DNA of 64,000 bases from Aulosira sp. ZfuVER01 (GCA_034530615.2 JAVRCV020000012.1:1-64000); one strand, 5' to 3'; shown: positions 23,352 to 34,575, numbered from the stretch's first letter. The notes: a model not told the origin generated them from the letters alone. Numbers and translations: made by a program.

Positions 23352-24584
23352 ATGAATAAACCTACACTGTTTGAAGAAAATCTAGTGACCTTACCTTCAG
23401 ATCAAGAAGCTTCTGGCCGAACCCTTGGAGAAGAGGAATTAACTCTAATATCCGAAGTCCTCTACAGTGGCATACTTAATAGCACAAAAGGGAACTTTGT
23501 CAAAGAACTGGAAAAAAAGTTTGCTGACCTCTTGGGAGTCAAATATGTTTATGCCTGTGCATCAGGTTCAGGTGCAATACACACAGCGATCGCTGCTATT
23601 GATCCAGAGCCTGGCGATGAAATTGTTACCACTTCAATCACTGATATGGGTGCGCTGACTCCCATTCTGTACCAAGGTGCGATTCCTGTATTTGCAGATG
23701 TCGATCCTAGAACTTGGAACGTCACAGCCGAGACGATCGAAGCTAGCTTGAGCGATCGCACCAAAGCGATAATTGTCACCCATCTGTTTGGTAACCCATG
23801 TAACATGAGTGAGATTATGGAACTCGCTCAATCCCGTAATATTCCTGTAATTGAAGATTGCGCCCAAGCCTTTTTAGCTGAACATAACGGTCAAAACATC
23901 GGAGCAATTGGTGCAATTGGGTGCTTCAGTCTCCAACAAGGCAAACATATTACTACTGGTGAAGGAGGTTTAGTTACAACCAACCATGATGCCTTAGCAC
24001 GCCGAATGTTTCTATTTATCAACAAAGCCTGGGGGTATGGCGATTCTCAACCGGATCATTATTTCTTAGCCCTCAACTACCGAATGACTGAGTTACAGGG
24101 AGCAGTAGCGGTGGCACAACTCGCTAAATTGGCAAGCGTAGTCCAAAATCGGATCTCTGCTGCTAACAAACTCACGGAAAAATTACAAGGTTTACCAGGA
24201 ATAGAAACCCCCTGGATTGACCCCAGAAATATCCACACCTACTGGAAGTATTGTCTTCGGGTTGATCATCAAGTTTTACCAGGTGGAGCAGTTGGACTTG
24301 CCCAACGCTTAAAAGAAAAAGGCATTGCCTCAGCACCAAGATATATCCAAAAACCTGCCTTCATGTGCGAGATATTCCAGAAACAACAGACATTCGGCAA
24401 CAGCCACTTCCCCTTTACCTTGGCACGACCTGAGGCTGTTGATTATGATCGCTCTCGTTTTCCTGGAACCTTTGCAGGGTTAGAAAGTGTTCTAGTTCTA
24501 CCCTGGAATGAACGCTATACAGAAGAACACATCAACTACATTGCCAAGTCTCTGCACCAAGTTATTGACCAATTACGGGGGTAA
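23352..24584 (+). CDS. DegT/DnrJ/EryC1/StrS sugar aminotransferase
   Basis: IEDCAQA, FSLQQGKHITTGEGG, NYRMTELQGA. Confidence 0.95.
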   Translation: MNKPTLFEENLVTLPSDQEASGRTLGEEELTLISEVLYSGILNSTKGNFVKELEKKFADLLGVKYVYACASGSGAIHTAIAAIDPEPGDEIVTTSITDMGALTPILYQGAIPVFADVDPRTWNVTAETIEASLSDRTKAIIVTHLFGNPCNMSEIMELAQSRNIPVIEDCAQAFLAEHNGQNIGAIGAIGCFSLQQGKHITTGEGGLVTTNHDALARRMFLFINKAWGYGDSQPDHYFLALNYRMTELQGAVAVAQLAKLASVVQNRISAANKLTEKLQGLPGIETPWIDPRNIHTYWKYCLRVDHQVLPGGAVGLAQRLKEKGIASAPRYIQKPAFMCEIFQKQQTFGNSHFPFTLARPEAVDYDRSRFPGTFAGLESVLVLPWNERYTEEHINYIAKSLHQVIDQLRG

Positions 24585-24590
24585 AATCTA

Positions 24591-25634
24591 ATGATAGAAC
24601 GAAAAATCAAATTTGGTATCATAGGCGCTGGGGCGATCGCCCAGACTTATGCTCAAGCGTTCAAAAACTATGAGAGCGCCGATCTAGTTGCTGTTGCAGA
24701 TATCCGTCTTGGAGCAGCGCGCTCCTTGGCGGAAAGCTTAGGATGTCAGAGTTATGACTCTTACCAAGCCCTAGCTGAAGTAGTGGATTTGGATGCCGTG
24801 ATTGTCTGCACACCACCTATTACTCATCCCGAAATCTGCTTATATTTTCTAGAGCGCAAAATTCACGTTCTCTGCGAAAAGCCCCTGAGCATTGACATTA
24901 AAAGTGCCCAGACAATGCTATCCGCAGCAAAAACATCTGGTGTCAAACTGACAATGGCATCAAAATTTCGCTACGTTGAGGACGTGATCCGTGCAAAAAG
25001 CATCGTCACATCAGGCATTCTCGGAGAGATTATCCTGTTTGAAAATGCCTTTACATCAAGGGTAGATATGTCCTCCCGTTGGAATTCTAATCCCAAGATT
25101 TCTGGTGGAGGGGTTTTGATTGACAACGGAACCCACTCCATTGACATTATGCGCTATTTCCTCGGGCCACTGGCTCAGATACAGGTAGTGGAAGGGAAGA
25201 AAATCCAAGGGTTACCTGTAGAAGACACTGTGCGGATATTTGTGCAAAGCATTAGTGGTGTCATGGGAAGTATTGATCTTTCCTGGAGTCTCAACAAAGA
25301 ACTAGACAGTTATATCCGGATTTATGGATCTCACGGTACTATCTCTGTGGGCTGGAAGGAATCGAAATATCGTCAATCTTCCAGTAGCGACTGGATTGTG
25401 TTTGGCAAAGGCTATGATAAAGTCCAGGCATTTCGCAGCCAAATAAAGAATTTTGCTAAAGCTATCTTGGGAGAAGAAACTCTCTTAATCACCCCAGAAG
25501 ATGCCCTAGCTTCTGTAGAAGCAATCGAAGCGGCCTATGTTGCACTCCATCAAAACCACTGGATGGCAATTAGCTGTAAGTTTGATAGCATGGACAAATC
25601 AGAAGAATATCTTAAGGTGGCAGTGAGCAATTGA
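24591..25634 (+). CDS. Gfo/Idh/MocA sugar dehydrogenase (WbpB-like)
   Basis: GIIGAGAIA, HVLCEKP, GGGVLIDNGTHSID. Confidence 0.92.
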   Translation: MIERKIKFGIIGAGAIAQTYAQAFKNYESADLVAVADIRLGAARSLAESLGCQSYDSYQALAEVVDLDAVIVCTPPITHPEICLYFLERKIHVLCEKPLSIDIKSAQTMLSAAKTSGVKLTMASKFRYVEDVIRAKSIVTSGILGEIILFENAFTSRVDMSSRWNSNPKISGGGVLIDNGTHSIDIMRYFLGPLAQIQVVEGKKIQGLPVEDTVRIFVQSISGVMGSIDLSWSLNKELDSYIRIYGSHGTISVGWKESKYRQSSSSDWIVFGKGYDKVQAFRSQIKNFAKAILGEETLLITPEDALASVEAIEAAYVALHQNHWMAISCKFDSMDKSEEYLKVAVSN

Positions 25635-26263
25635 AAATGACGGTTCGTATTCATCCCACTGCCTACATTGAAGAAGGCGTAGAAATTGGTTCGGACACTT
25701 CCATATGGGATAATGTCCACATCCGACACTCAACCCAGATTGGAGAAGAGTGTATTGTCGGTGAAAAAACTTATATCGCTTATGGTACAAACATTGGCAA
25801 CCGAGTCAAAATCAATGCCTTCGTTTATATATGTACCGCAGTCACCATTGAAGATGGAGTAATGATCAGTGCTGGAACCATCTTTACCAATGACCGCTTT
25901 CCTCGGGCAACCACTGTGAATCTAAAGCAGTTACGCCCCTCTGATCCTGACGAACATACCCTACCGACACTAGTGCGGGAGGGTGCTACCATCGGAGCGG
26001 GTTGTACTATTGGTAATGATTTGGTAATTGGTCGCTTTGCAATGATTGGCATGGGTTCCCTAGTCACCAAATCAGTGCCAGATTTCCATTTAGCCATTGG
26101 ACATCCAGCAAAATCTGTGGGCAGTATCTGCCGATGTGGACAACTCCTCCTGCGTTTTTCAGATCCAAACTTTGCTAACTCCCAAGAAGTCATTTGTCCT
26201 GCTTGCGGACTGAAATACGCAGTAAACAACCAAACAGTCATAGAGTTAACTCCTCCAACCTGA
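25631..26263 (+). CDS. Hexapeptide-repeat sugar N-acetyltransferase (WbpD-like) with C-terminal Cys cluster
   Basis: IHPTAYIEEG, FTNDRFPR, GATIGAG, GHPAK..GSICRCG, CPACG. Confidence 0.9.
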   Translation: MKMTVRIHPTAYIEEGVEIGSDTSIWDNVHIRHSTQIGEECIVGEKTYIAYGTNIGNRVKINAFVYICTAVTIEDGVMISAGTIFTNDRFPRATTVNLKQLRPSDPDEHTLPTLVREGATIGAGCTIGNDLVIGRFAMIGMGSLVTKSVPDFHLAIGHPAKSVGSICRCGQLLLRFSDPNFANSQEVICPACGLKYAVNNQTVIELTPPT

Positions 26264-26297
26264 AGATTTATTGGACAAGTTTCACCAATTATCGATC

Positions 26298-27644
26298 ATG
26301 TTACAAAAATCAGAACACTGGGCCATTATAGGGGGAGGCATCCTGGGTATGACACTTGCTCATCGTCTTGCTCAGGAAGGTAAGAAGGTTACCCTGTTTG
26401 AAGCAGCTAAAGAATTAGGAGGTTTAGCTAGTGCTTGGAATCTGGGAGACGTAGTTTGGGATCGGCATTACCATGTCACCTTACTTTCCGATACCTATTT
26501 CCGCTCCTTGTTAACAGAATTAGGGCTGGAACAAGAGATGCAATGGGTCGAAACTCACACAGGTTTCTACACAGACGGTAAATTTTATTCTATGTCTAAC
26601 AGCTTAGACTTTCTCTTATTTCCGCCTTTAGGCTGGCTAGACAAAATTCGCTTAGGAATTACGATTCTCTATGCCTCCAGAATCAAACACTGGCAGAAAC
26701 TAGAGCAGATTCCAGTGGACAAGTGGTTGCGGCAATGGTCAGGAAGTAAAACTTTTGAGAAAATCTGGTTGCCATTACTACGAGCAAAGTTAGGAGAAAA
26801 TTATAGAAAAGCATCGGCTGCTTTCATTTGGGCGATTATTGCCAGACTCTATGCTGCTCGCCGCACTGGTTTAAAAAAAGAAATGTTTGGCTATCTACCT
26901 GGTGGATATGCACGCATTCTTCAACGCTTTGCAGAGGTATTGACTGAAGAAGAAGTTGATATCAAGCTGCAACATATAGCTAAGATAGTGCAATCAACAG
27001 GTAATGGAAAAGTCTGTGTCGAGTTTCAAAACGACCAGCGACACGTATTTGATCAAGTGGTATTAACAACAGCAGCGCCAATTGTGGCTCAAATATGTTC
27101 GGGACTGACGGATGAGGAATTATCCAAGCACAAAGGGATTCAATATCAAGGAGTTATTTGCGCCTCTTTGCTACTCAAAAAACCACTTTCTCAATACTAC
27201 GTTACTAACATTACTGATTCCTGGGTTCCTTTTACCGGGATAATTGAAATGTCTACTTTGGTAGATCATAAACATTTTAATGACAATTCCCTTGTATACA
27301 TTCCCAAATATGTCACACCAGAAGATCCTGCTTTTTTATTATCTGATCACGAACTCGAAGATATTTTTTTAGGGTCGCTAATGCGGATGTATCCTCATCT
27401 TCACTCCTCAGATATCCTCTGTTTTCGTGTCTCTCGTGTGCGTTATGTGCTAGCAATTTCCACATTAAATTACTCTAGAAATTTACCTTCTATTAGTACT
27501 TCAATTCCAGGTGTTAGCATTGTTAATTCTGCTCAAATTACTAATGGAACTTTAAATGTTAACGAAACTATTCAGTTAGCTGAAAAGACGATAAAAAAGC
27601 TTTTATTATTGCATGAATATAATACTATTGCTCATAAAAATTAA
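26298..27644 (+). CDS. FAD-dependent oxidoreductase (amine/protoporphyrinogen oxidase-like)
   Basis: IIGGGILG...FEAAKELGGLA Rossmann fold, DRHYH motif. Confidence 0.85.
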   Translation: MLQKSEHWAIIGGGILGMTLAHRLAQEGKKVTLFEAAKELGGLASAWNLGDVVWDRHYHVTLLSDTYFRSLLTELGLEQEMQWVETHTGFYTDGKFYSMSNSLDFLLFPPLGWLDKIRLGITILYASRIKHWQKLEQIPVDKWLRQWSGSKTFEKIWLPLLRAKLGENYRKASAAFIWAIIARLYAARRTGLKKEMFGYLPGGYARILQRFAEVLTEEEVDIKLQHIAKIVQSTGNGKVCVEFQNDQRHVFDQVVLTTAAPIVAQICSGLTDEELSKHKGIQYQGVICASLLLKKPLSQYYVTNITDSWVPFTGIIEMSTLVDHKHFNDNSLVYIPKYVTPEDPAFLLSDHELEDIFLGSLMRMYPHLHSSDILCFRVSRVRYVLAISTLNYSRNLPSISTSIPGVSIVNSAQITNGTLNVNETIQLAEKTIKKLLLLHEYNTIAHKN

Positions 27645-27807
27645 TAGTATTTTATTTTTTATAGAGTTTGCTTAACTAAGCTATATAAAATTTATCAGTA
27701 ACCTTTCACACTCTCCCCCTAAGTGTTTCGACCATTTTGCAGGGGTAGTGAGTATATAATTACAATTTATACAAGTTCATAATATTTTTATAATCTGGTA
27801 AAATTTT

Positions 27808-28686
27808 ATGTATGACGATAATATTTATTGCTCTAGATGTCCTGTTTGTAATCACTCTCAATTAACACAAATCTATCAGTTTAAAAATTTTTGTGTTATG
27901 AAATGTAAGAAATGTAAAAATTCATGGCGTACTAATATGTATGATCAAGAAAAAATATCAAGTATATATCGTAGCGATGAATATGCAAAAGATCCCTTCT
28001 TTTTATATGAAAAAAATCATGTAGAAAATTTAACAAAAAAAAGATACAAAAATTTTCACCGCGGATTAGTTAATATTGAATCAAAAACAGGAGTTGGTAA
28101 GCTATTAGATGTTGGTTGCGGCTCAGGTGCTTTCTTATCTATTGCTCAGGAAAGGGGTTGGCATGTAGATGGGATTGAACTTTCGTCATCGCTTGCTCAG
28201 ATTTGTGAACAGAATGTAAATATTACTGTAACCAACACTTCTTTTGAGGAAGCTAACTTACCAACAAACTATTATGATGCTATTACCTTTTGGGATATCA
28301 TTGAACATGTGATCGATCCAGTTTTTTGTATGAAAAAAGCAAAGACTCTTCTAAAATCAGGAGGAGTTATGTTATTTTGTACTCCTAATGAAGATAGCCT
28401 ACTTGCTGGAGTAGCATGGACTTTGTATAAATTAAGTAGTTCATACTACAGCTATCCTGCCCTAGCTTTACACCCTGATTATCATACATATTTCTTTTCT
28501 AGACAAGGTTTGATCAAAACACTTTTAGAAATAAATATGAAGCCAATCAAATCTTATTCACAAGAGGCTTTTTTCGAGCATTCCCCTCTTGCTAGTGAAA
28601 TTCAAAAAAGAGTAATAGCTTTGATAGAAAAAGTAGGGAGCATATTTGACTACTCATATGAATTGGTTATATTAGCAGAAATTTAG
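27808..28686 (+). CDS. Class I SAM methyltransferase with N-terminal Zn ribbon
   Basis: CPVC...CKKC, LLDVGCGSG, WDIIEH. Confidence 0.88.
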   Translation: MYDDNIYCSRCPVCNHSQLTQIYQFKNFCVMKCKKCKNSWRTNMYDQEKISSIYRSDEYAKDPFFLYEKNHVENLTKKRYKNFHRGLVNIESKTGVGKLLDVGCGSGAFLSIAQERGWHVDGIELSSSLAQICEQNVNITVTNTSFEEANLPTNYYDAITFWDIIEHVIDPVFCMKKAKTLLKSGGVMLFCTPNEDSLLAGVAWTLYKLSSSYYSYPALALHPDYHTYFFSRQGLIKTLLEINMKPIKSYSQEAFFEHSPLASEIQKRVIALIEKVGSIFDYSYELVILAEI

Positions 28687-28704
28687 TCATTTATTGAGAT
28701 ATTT

Positions 28705-29082
28705 ATGTTTGGCAAAATACAAGATTTACATATTAAATTTCTTTTATATACAGCATTGTTTGGGGGAATTGTTTTTGGAATTACTTCCCAACTATTGATG
28801 AAATGGGCAATGCTTAATGCTAGTGCAGGATTATTTAGTTGGTCATTTATCTGGAAATTGGCTATTGCTCTAGCTACCTATGTTATTGGAGTAGTAAGTT
28901 GGATATTTGCACTTAGATTTGTAAATTTGAGTATTGCCTATCCTCTAAGTAGTTTAAATTATATTGGAATTTTTTGGGGTTCTCATTACTTTTTTAATGA
29001 GCAGATAAGAACAATTCAGTTGTTAGGAGTTCTCCTTGTATTTATGGGTATTTTGTTAGTAGTTATTCCATGGCGACTGTAA
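28705..29082 (+). CDS. EamA/SMR-like 4-TM protein (ArnE/ArnF-like flippase subunit)
   Basis: SQLLMK, LSIAYPLSSLNY, FFNEQI. Confidence 0.8.
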   Translation: MFGKIQDLHIKFLLYTALFGGIVFGITSQLLMKWAMLNASAGLFSWSFIWKLAIALATYVIGVVSWIFALRFVNLSIAYPLSSLNYIGIFWGSHYFFNEQIRTIQLLGVLLVFMGILLVVIPWRL

Positions 29083-29101
29083 CCTATCTTTCTTTTGGCG
29101 A

Positions 29102-29482
29102 ATGATAAAACTCTTGCTAAATTATATGCATATTATTTCTTATCTTGCTTTAGCACTTGTAATTACGCTTTGGACAGTAGCACAGGTATCACTGAAGTAT
29201 ACATTTCATGTATCTTCTCAAATGAAAATGGTTATATCGATTCAAAATCTTATAGCTTCTCAATATTTTTGGATTTGGTTTATTAGCTCTACAGTTGCCA
29301 CTATATTGTGGCTTTATATATTACGGACTATTCCGCTCAATCAGGCATATCCTGCATTAGGATTAACTTACGCCCTTGTACCGCTTACATCTCATTCTTT
29401 TATGAAAGAGAAGGTTGTATTTACTCAGTGGTTAGGAATCGTCATTATTGTAACTGGCATAGTTCTTGTTGTTCAAAAATAG
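29102..29482 (+). CDS. EamA/SMR-like 4-TM protein (ArnE/ArnF-like flippase subunit)
   Basis: AQVSLK, IPLNQAYPALGLTY, FMKEKV. Confidence 0.8.
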   Translation: MIKLLLNYMHIISYLALALVITLWTVAQVSLKYTFHVSSQMKMVISIQNLIASQYFWIWFISSTVATILWLYILRTIPLNQAYPALGLTYALVPLTSHSFMKEKVVFTQWLGIVIIVTGIVLVVQK

Positions 29483-29491
29483 TAGAAAATA

Positions 29492-30793
29492 ATGAAAATT
29501 TCATTATTAAATCACGCTTGCGTGGTTATCGAAATTAATGAAATAAAATTGCTTTGCGATCCTTGGCTTTTCGGCACATGCTTTGAAGGTGGTTGGGGCT
29601 TACGGTTTCAAAATGTTGCTGCACTTGATCAGGCTGCTTCTTGTACTCATTTATGGATCTCTCACTTCCATAGCGACCATTTTCATGTACCTACTTTAAA
29701 AGCGTTGCTTAAAATCAACCCAGAAATCATTATCTTAGGAAATAACTCTTTTAATTTTCAAATGGATGATGTTTTGCAGAGAATCGGATTTAAAAATGTA
29801 ATTTCACTTTTTGAAAGAAAAGAAATTACCATAGGTAAAAAGATAGGTGTGAAACGCTTTCCGACAACTGGAATTGACAATATGTTGCTGATTCAGAGTG
29901 ATGAAGGAGTTATTCTAAACTATAACGATTGTAATTTGCCTTGTCGCGCTCGAGAGAATCTTGCTAAAAAAATAGGACATATCGATATCTTTCTCAATAA
30001 CTTTAATCATGCAGGTAAACTGCTAGATTTTCCTTTACCTTCTGAAGATAAAGTTAAAGAGAATTTAAAAGCTTATTTCGTTAATAACTTTTCATCTTTT
30101 TCTCCCAAATGGGTTATTCCTTTTGCTTCTTTTCATTATTATCGTGCATCTGAATCGCAGCAGCAAAACCATTCTATGCTCCGTGTAGAAGACTTGGTAG
30201 GTCTTGACCGCAGAATCATAAATTTAAAGGTCGGGGAAAGTGTTGAATTTAACCAAACACTCTTTCCTAAAGTATTACCTTCATCAATTGCTCTTACTTC
30301 TAACCCTATAGAGATAGAAATTTGGCATAAATCAATTCAATTTGAACAGCTACAGGATGCAGCCGAAAAATTCCGTAAGAATATAAACATAAAATTTCTT
30401 GGGCTGACATTTCTTTTAAAGAAGTTAAAAATTTATATCTTTGACTTAGAAAAATCCGCTGTTTTTGATATGAAAAGAGGGTTGCTACTCGTCCCAATGA
30501 ATAACAGTAATTACCATATAAAAGCACATAGCGAGTCTTTGTATAAGTGGTTTACAAAACCATACGGTACTGATAGTTTTGTTGTTGGTGCCCACTTTGA
30601 TCTGCTCAACGAAAATACTGTACCGATCAAATGGCAGTTTTTATTCTCTTTGCTTGTTGAAAACAAACTAGACTTGATTTCTTTGCTTAAGATGATGTTC
30701 GTTCCTTCTGGAATTCTATTTATGATTAACCGCAGAGAGGAAATCACTGCATTATTACGTCAAGGCAAATTTAATCCTGCAGAACAGCGATAA
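29492..30793 (+). CDS. Metallo-beta-lactamase-fold hydrolase (UlaG/CMAH-like)
   Basis: NHACVVI, DPW, SHFHSDH (HxHxDH), NYNDC, IPFAS. Confidence 0.8.
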   Translation: MKISLLNHACVVIEINEIKLLCDPWLFGTCFEGGWGLRFQNVAALDQAASCTHLWISHFHSDHFHVPTLKALLKINPEIIILGNNSFNFQMDDVLQRIGFKNVISLFERKEITIGKKIGVKRFPTTGIDNMLLIQSDEGVILNYNDCNLPCRARENLAKKIGHIDIFLNNFNHAGKLLDFPLPSEDKVKENLKAYFVNNFSSFSPKWVIPFASFHYYRASESQQQNHSMLRVEDLVGLDRRIINLKVGESVEFNQTLFPKVLPSSIALTSNPIEIEIWHKSIQFEQLQDAAEKFRKNINIKFLGLTFLLKKLKIYIFDLEKSAVFDMKRGLLLVPMNNSNYHIKAHSESLYKWFTKPYGTDSFVVGAHFDLLNENTVPIKWQFLFSLLVENKLDLISLLKMMFVPSGILFMINRREEITALLRQGKFNPAEQR

Positions 30794-30874
30794 TTTATAG
30801 CTAAGTTAAAGTTATAGATACATAGAAAAAATCAGTCCATCCAGTAATCCTTGCAGCTTTTTACTTAGTTGCAA

Positions 30875-32422
30875 CAGGGCAAACGCATCTAAATATAGTA
30901 CAAGAATACTAAAAAAGGGCTAAAAGCAGGAAAATCTAGCGGCAAAGTTCCGTCTTAGTCGGTGGTATGGAGGATAACTAAAGCGACTAGGATGGTAAAG
31001 TGATGGATGGTCAAAGTAGAATCAAGTACCTAAAAAAGCGTGAAGCTCAAGCCCAAAATTACAATTGCTGACCACTTTGCACAGATGGAAGATCCAAGAG
31101 TAGATCGCACAAAACGGCACAAGTTAATTGATATTCTTACCATTGCCATCTGTGCAGTAATTTGTGGAGCAGATAGTTGGGTGGCAATTGAACTATATGG
31201 CTGCATGAAATATGAATGGTTAAAAACGTTTTTGGAGTCACCAAACGGGATACCATCACACGATACATTTGCAAGGGTATTTGCTCAATTAGATACCCAA
31301 AAGTTCCAAGAATGTTTTCTGTCATGGATGAGAACAATACAAAAGATAACGTCAGCGGAAATAGTAGCAATTGACGGTAAGACTCTATGTGGTTCTAATG
31401 ATAAAGCATCTGGGCAAAGTGCGATTGAAATAGTTAGTGCCTGGGCAACGACAAATAGAATGGTATTAGGTCAAGTAAAAGTAGATTCTCATTCCAATGA
31501 AATTACAGCAATCCCAGAGTTGTTAAAGGTGCTAGAACTGTCTGGGTGTATTGTGACAATAGATGCAATAGGCTGTCAAAAAAATATTGTAAAGTTAATT
31601 GCCCAGCAAGATGCAGACTACGTAATTACCTTAAAAAAGAATCAAGGAAATCTTGCTAATGAAGTAGAAGAACTGATTGCTGAAGGAATAAGAACAGGCT
31701 TCCAAGGATTAAAGCATAGCACGTATAAAACAGAAGAATTTAGTCATGGTCGTCACGAAATTCGTCATTATCTAATGATATCTAATATCGGAAATAAGCT
31801 TGACCCAGATTCAGTTTGGGCAAAATTAAATAGCATAGGCATGGTGGAGTCTGTACGGGAATTAGATGACGAGACAACTGTAGAAACCCGTTATTTTATT
31901 AGTAGCCTGGAAGATAACGCCCAAAAGTTTGCTAATTCTATTCGCAGCCATTGGGGAATTGAAAATTCACTACATTGGGTATTGGATGTAGCATTAAACG
32001 AAGATAATTGCCGCATAAGAAAAGATAACGCACCACAAAATTTTGCAGTTCTGCGCCACATTGCAGTGAATCTATTAGGTAAAGAGAAACGGGTGAAGGT
32101 AGGAGTAAAAAACAAACAATTTCTAGCTGCAATGGATAATCAATATTTAACTAGATTACTTTCCTTAGCTTCAAGCTGATTTTATAGGACATTGAATCAG
32201 GCTATAACTAATTTTCTATTCAGGTCGCAGTTATTAAGTCATCTTGTTCACTTACTGCTAATTGTTGATTTAAAATCATATCTTCAGGGCAAATATTAAA
32301 TTTTAAATATCTAAGGTTATCCTTTGATTTGTATTCAATATTTATCTCAGAAAACTGTCTTTATTCTAGATATTTGTATTTGCTTTCCAATTCTTATTAG
32401 TAATTAAGATGCGTTCGCCCTG
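30875..32422 (+). mobile_element. Complete ISAs1-family insertion sequence with 10-bp target duplication
   Basis: TIRs CAGGGCAAACGCATCT / AGATGCGTTCGCCCTG; TTAGTTGCAA duplicated at 30865-30874 and 32423-32432. Confidence 0.93.
31040..32179 (+). CDS. ISAs1 transposase
   Basis: DPRVDRTKRH, GIPSHDTF, AIDGKT, SNEITAIP, TIDAIGCQ, HWGIENSLHWVLDV. Confidence 0.96.
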   Translation: MKLKPKITIADHFAQMEDPRVDRTKRHKLIDILTIAICAVICGADSWVAIELYGCMKYEWLKTFLESPNGIPSHDTFARVFAQLDTQKFQECFLSWMRTIQKITSAEIVAIDGKTLCGSNDKASGQSAIEIVSAWATTNRMVLGQVKVDSHSNEITAIPELLKVLELSGCIVTIDAIGCQKNIVKLIAQQDADYVITLKKNQGNLANEVEELIAEGIRTGFQGLKHSTYKTEEFSHGRHEIRHYLMISNIGNKLDPDSVWAKLNSIGMVESVRELDDETTVETRYFISSLEDNAQKFANSIRSHWGIENSLHWVLDVALNEDNCRIRKDNAPQNFAVLRHIAVNLLGKEKRVKVGVKNKQFLAAMDNQYLTRLLSLASS

Positions 32423-32521
32423 TTAGTTGCAAGGGTTAGTATTTCTAGTTGAAGTTGCAATCTTTACTCGAACAAGTCAATTAATTAATAACTCGGTTTA
32501 GTCAAGGAGACAAAATTTCAG

Positions 32522-34294
32522 ATGCCTTATGCTTCTGAGTCCGACGTGCCAAAGGTTGATAAGCATCTGTTGAAGGGTTCTTTACAACTTGATCCCTGGC
32601 TAATTGCTGTACTTGCCTGCTTTACCCTGTTTGCTTGGGCTAATTGGGCTAAAGTAGCAGCTCCCATCATTGACGTTGGACGTGAAATTGAAATCCCGGC
32701 TCGGATTGTCGATGGGCAACTGCTATACCGTGATGTTGTGTCTTTCTATGGTCCACTTGCTTACTATGCTAATGCCTTGGCACTGAGGTTATTTGGTCAC
32801 CATTTAGAAGTGTTCTATGCAGTAGGTTTAGTCCTAGCATTGTTAGCAACATTACTGTTTTATCGCTTGGCAAAGCGGCTGACAAATACTCATTGGGCAG
32901 CACTTAGCACCATCTGGATGTTGATTGACTGTGCCATAGGTCCGGGACCGTTTCATTTCATTTTGCCTTATAGTCATGGTGCGGTTTACGCAATAGTGCT
33001 CTGTCTGCTTGCCATCAATTTCCTCGACTGTTATTGCTGTACAGGTAAAATACGATGGCTACTTTTAGCAGCCATCACCTGTGGAATCGCTGGGCTTGCC
33101 AAGCAGGAGTACGGGGTAGCCGCTTTGGGAGGTGTGTTAGTCGGTACTAACTTCTACTCTCCTCAAAACCTAGGGACGAGAGTAGTGCGTAGCTTGTTTG
33201 TGGTGCTGGCAGCGGTTGGTAGTGTAATCTTACCGCTTGCCTTATTGGCCCAGCAGGTTTCTTGGGAGCAACTTTATTTGTGGCTATTACCAATTCCCAA
33301 GTTAGGCATTTTGAATCAAAGCAAAATGTTTCAGCTTTCGCCAGTCCATACCCTTTATTGCTGGTGGAGTGATTTCAAGGTTTTCTTTCCTACTTCTTTA
33401 ATAGTTTTAGTGTCAGTGTTAGCTGCTCACAGGCTCTTGAAACCTAGACTGGTAAATAGTCCCAGATGGTTCATAAATATAGTCGAATTACTTGTAAGTA
33501 TTGCTATATCTTTTTGTGGCATAATTTTACTCAGTCGTTCATCTTTTTTCACTTTCTATTCTGACTTTGGTATTTTTAAACCTCTGCATTTTTTGTCTTG
33601 GTCAGTACCACTTTTAGTAGTGTGGTTTGCTATTAACCGACCGCAAATGGGTCGGTATAAAAATGCACCATTGATGTGGACATTAGTTATTTTCTTGCTA
33701 TTGCTCAACGCCCGTTGGTTATTCTCTATAAATTTTTATGGGCTGTATGCCTGGCCATTAATACTCCTATTTTTTGTGCCGCTGCACAATTTGCATCAGC
33801 GTACTGGGGGATTACTTTGGCGTTACTCACTAGTTTGCCTACTCATTGCCGGCAGTTTAAACTTAAGCTCTTTAGCACAGTTTCGCTATGCAGTTCAGTC
33901 CTCCTATGGAACTTTTTACACTGCCAATACTGCTCTTACTCATGCTTTAAATCAGACTATAAATGCTATCACTGCTTCTGGATATAGCTCTGTACTTGTA
34001 TTACCAGAAGGTAATATTCTAAATTTTCTCACAGCAACTCACTCGCCTAGTCGAGAACTGACATTCTTTCCAACCGTTTTCACCACTACTAAAGACGAGC
34101 AAGACTTTATTAAACGTATGCAAGCTAATCCCCCAGACTTAATTGTCTATGTACCTCGTACTTTCCCAGAGTGGGGCTATCAAACCTATGGAGAATTTAA
34201 CCCACTAGTTGACCAATGGATTACCCAACAACATCGTTTGGTTAATACATTCCCTATGGCTGATGGTGCTATTCGTATTTATGCCCGCGATTGA
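32522..34294 (+). CDS. Multi-TM GT-C fold glycosyltransferase (ArnT/PMT-like)
   Basis: DVGRE, GQLLYRDVVSFYGPL, LAKQEYG motifs; many TM helices plus a C-terminal soluble domain. Confidence 0.72.
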   Translation: MPYASESDVPKVDKHLLKGSLQLDPWLIAVLACFTLFAWANWAKVAAPIIDVGREIEIPARIVDGQLLYRDVVSFYGPLAYYANALALRLFGHHLEVFYAVGLVLALLATLLFYRLAKRLTNTHWAALSTIWMLIDCAIGPGPFHFILPYSHGAVYAIVLCLLAINFLDCYCCTGKIRWLLLAAITCGIAGLAKQEYGVAALGGVLVGTNFYSPQNLGTRVVRSLFVVLAAVGSVILPLALLAQQVSWEQLYLWLLPIPKLGILNQSKMFQLSPVHTLYCWWSDFKVFFPTSLIVLVSVLAAHRLLKPRLVNSPRWFINIVELLVSIAISFCGIILLSRSSFFTFYSDFGIFKPLHFLSWSVPLLVVWFAINRPQMGRYKNAPLMWTLVIFLLLLNARWLFSINFYGLYAWPLILLFFVPLHNLHQRTGGLLWRYSLVCLLIAGSLNLSSLAQFRYAVQSSYGTFYTANTALTHALNQTINAITASGYSSVLVLPEGNILNFLTATHSPSRELTFFPTVFTTTKDEQDFIKRMQANPPDLIVYVPRTFPEWGYQTYGEFNPLVDQWITQQHRLVNTFPMADGAIRIYARD

Positions 34295-34575
34295 TAGACT
34301 TTTGATTTTGCTCAATAGACATCTCCAACAACTATCAAACCCTTGCTGTAAATAGCTTTTATCCTGCAAATGCAAGGATAGGTTTTTTGCTATTAGATAC
34401 GATAAAACAAGGATTTGAGATATTTGATGATAGTAATAAGGCAAAAATATGTAGATATGTGCATGAATTTTAACCAGATGCAGCAACATCTATTGCTGTT
34501 GGTAATATAAGTGTTCCGATTCGCAATCTTACTAATCCAAAATTAGATATTAAATTTAGATCTTAGAAGTTTACG

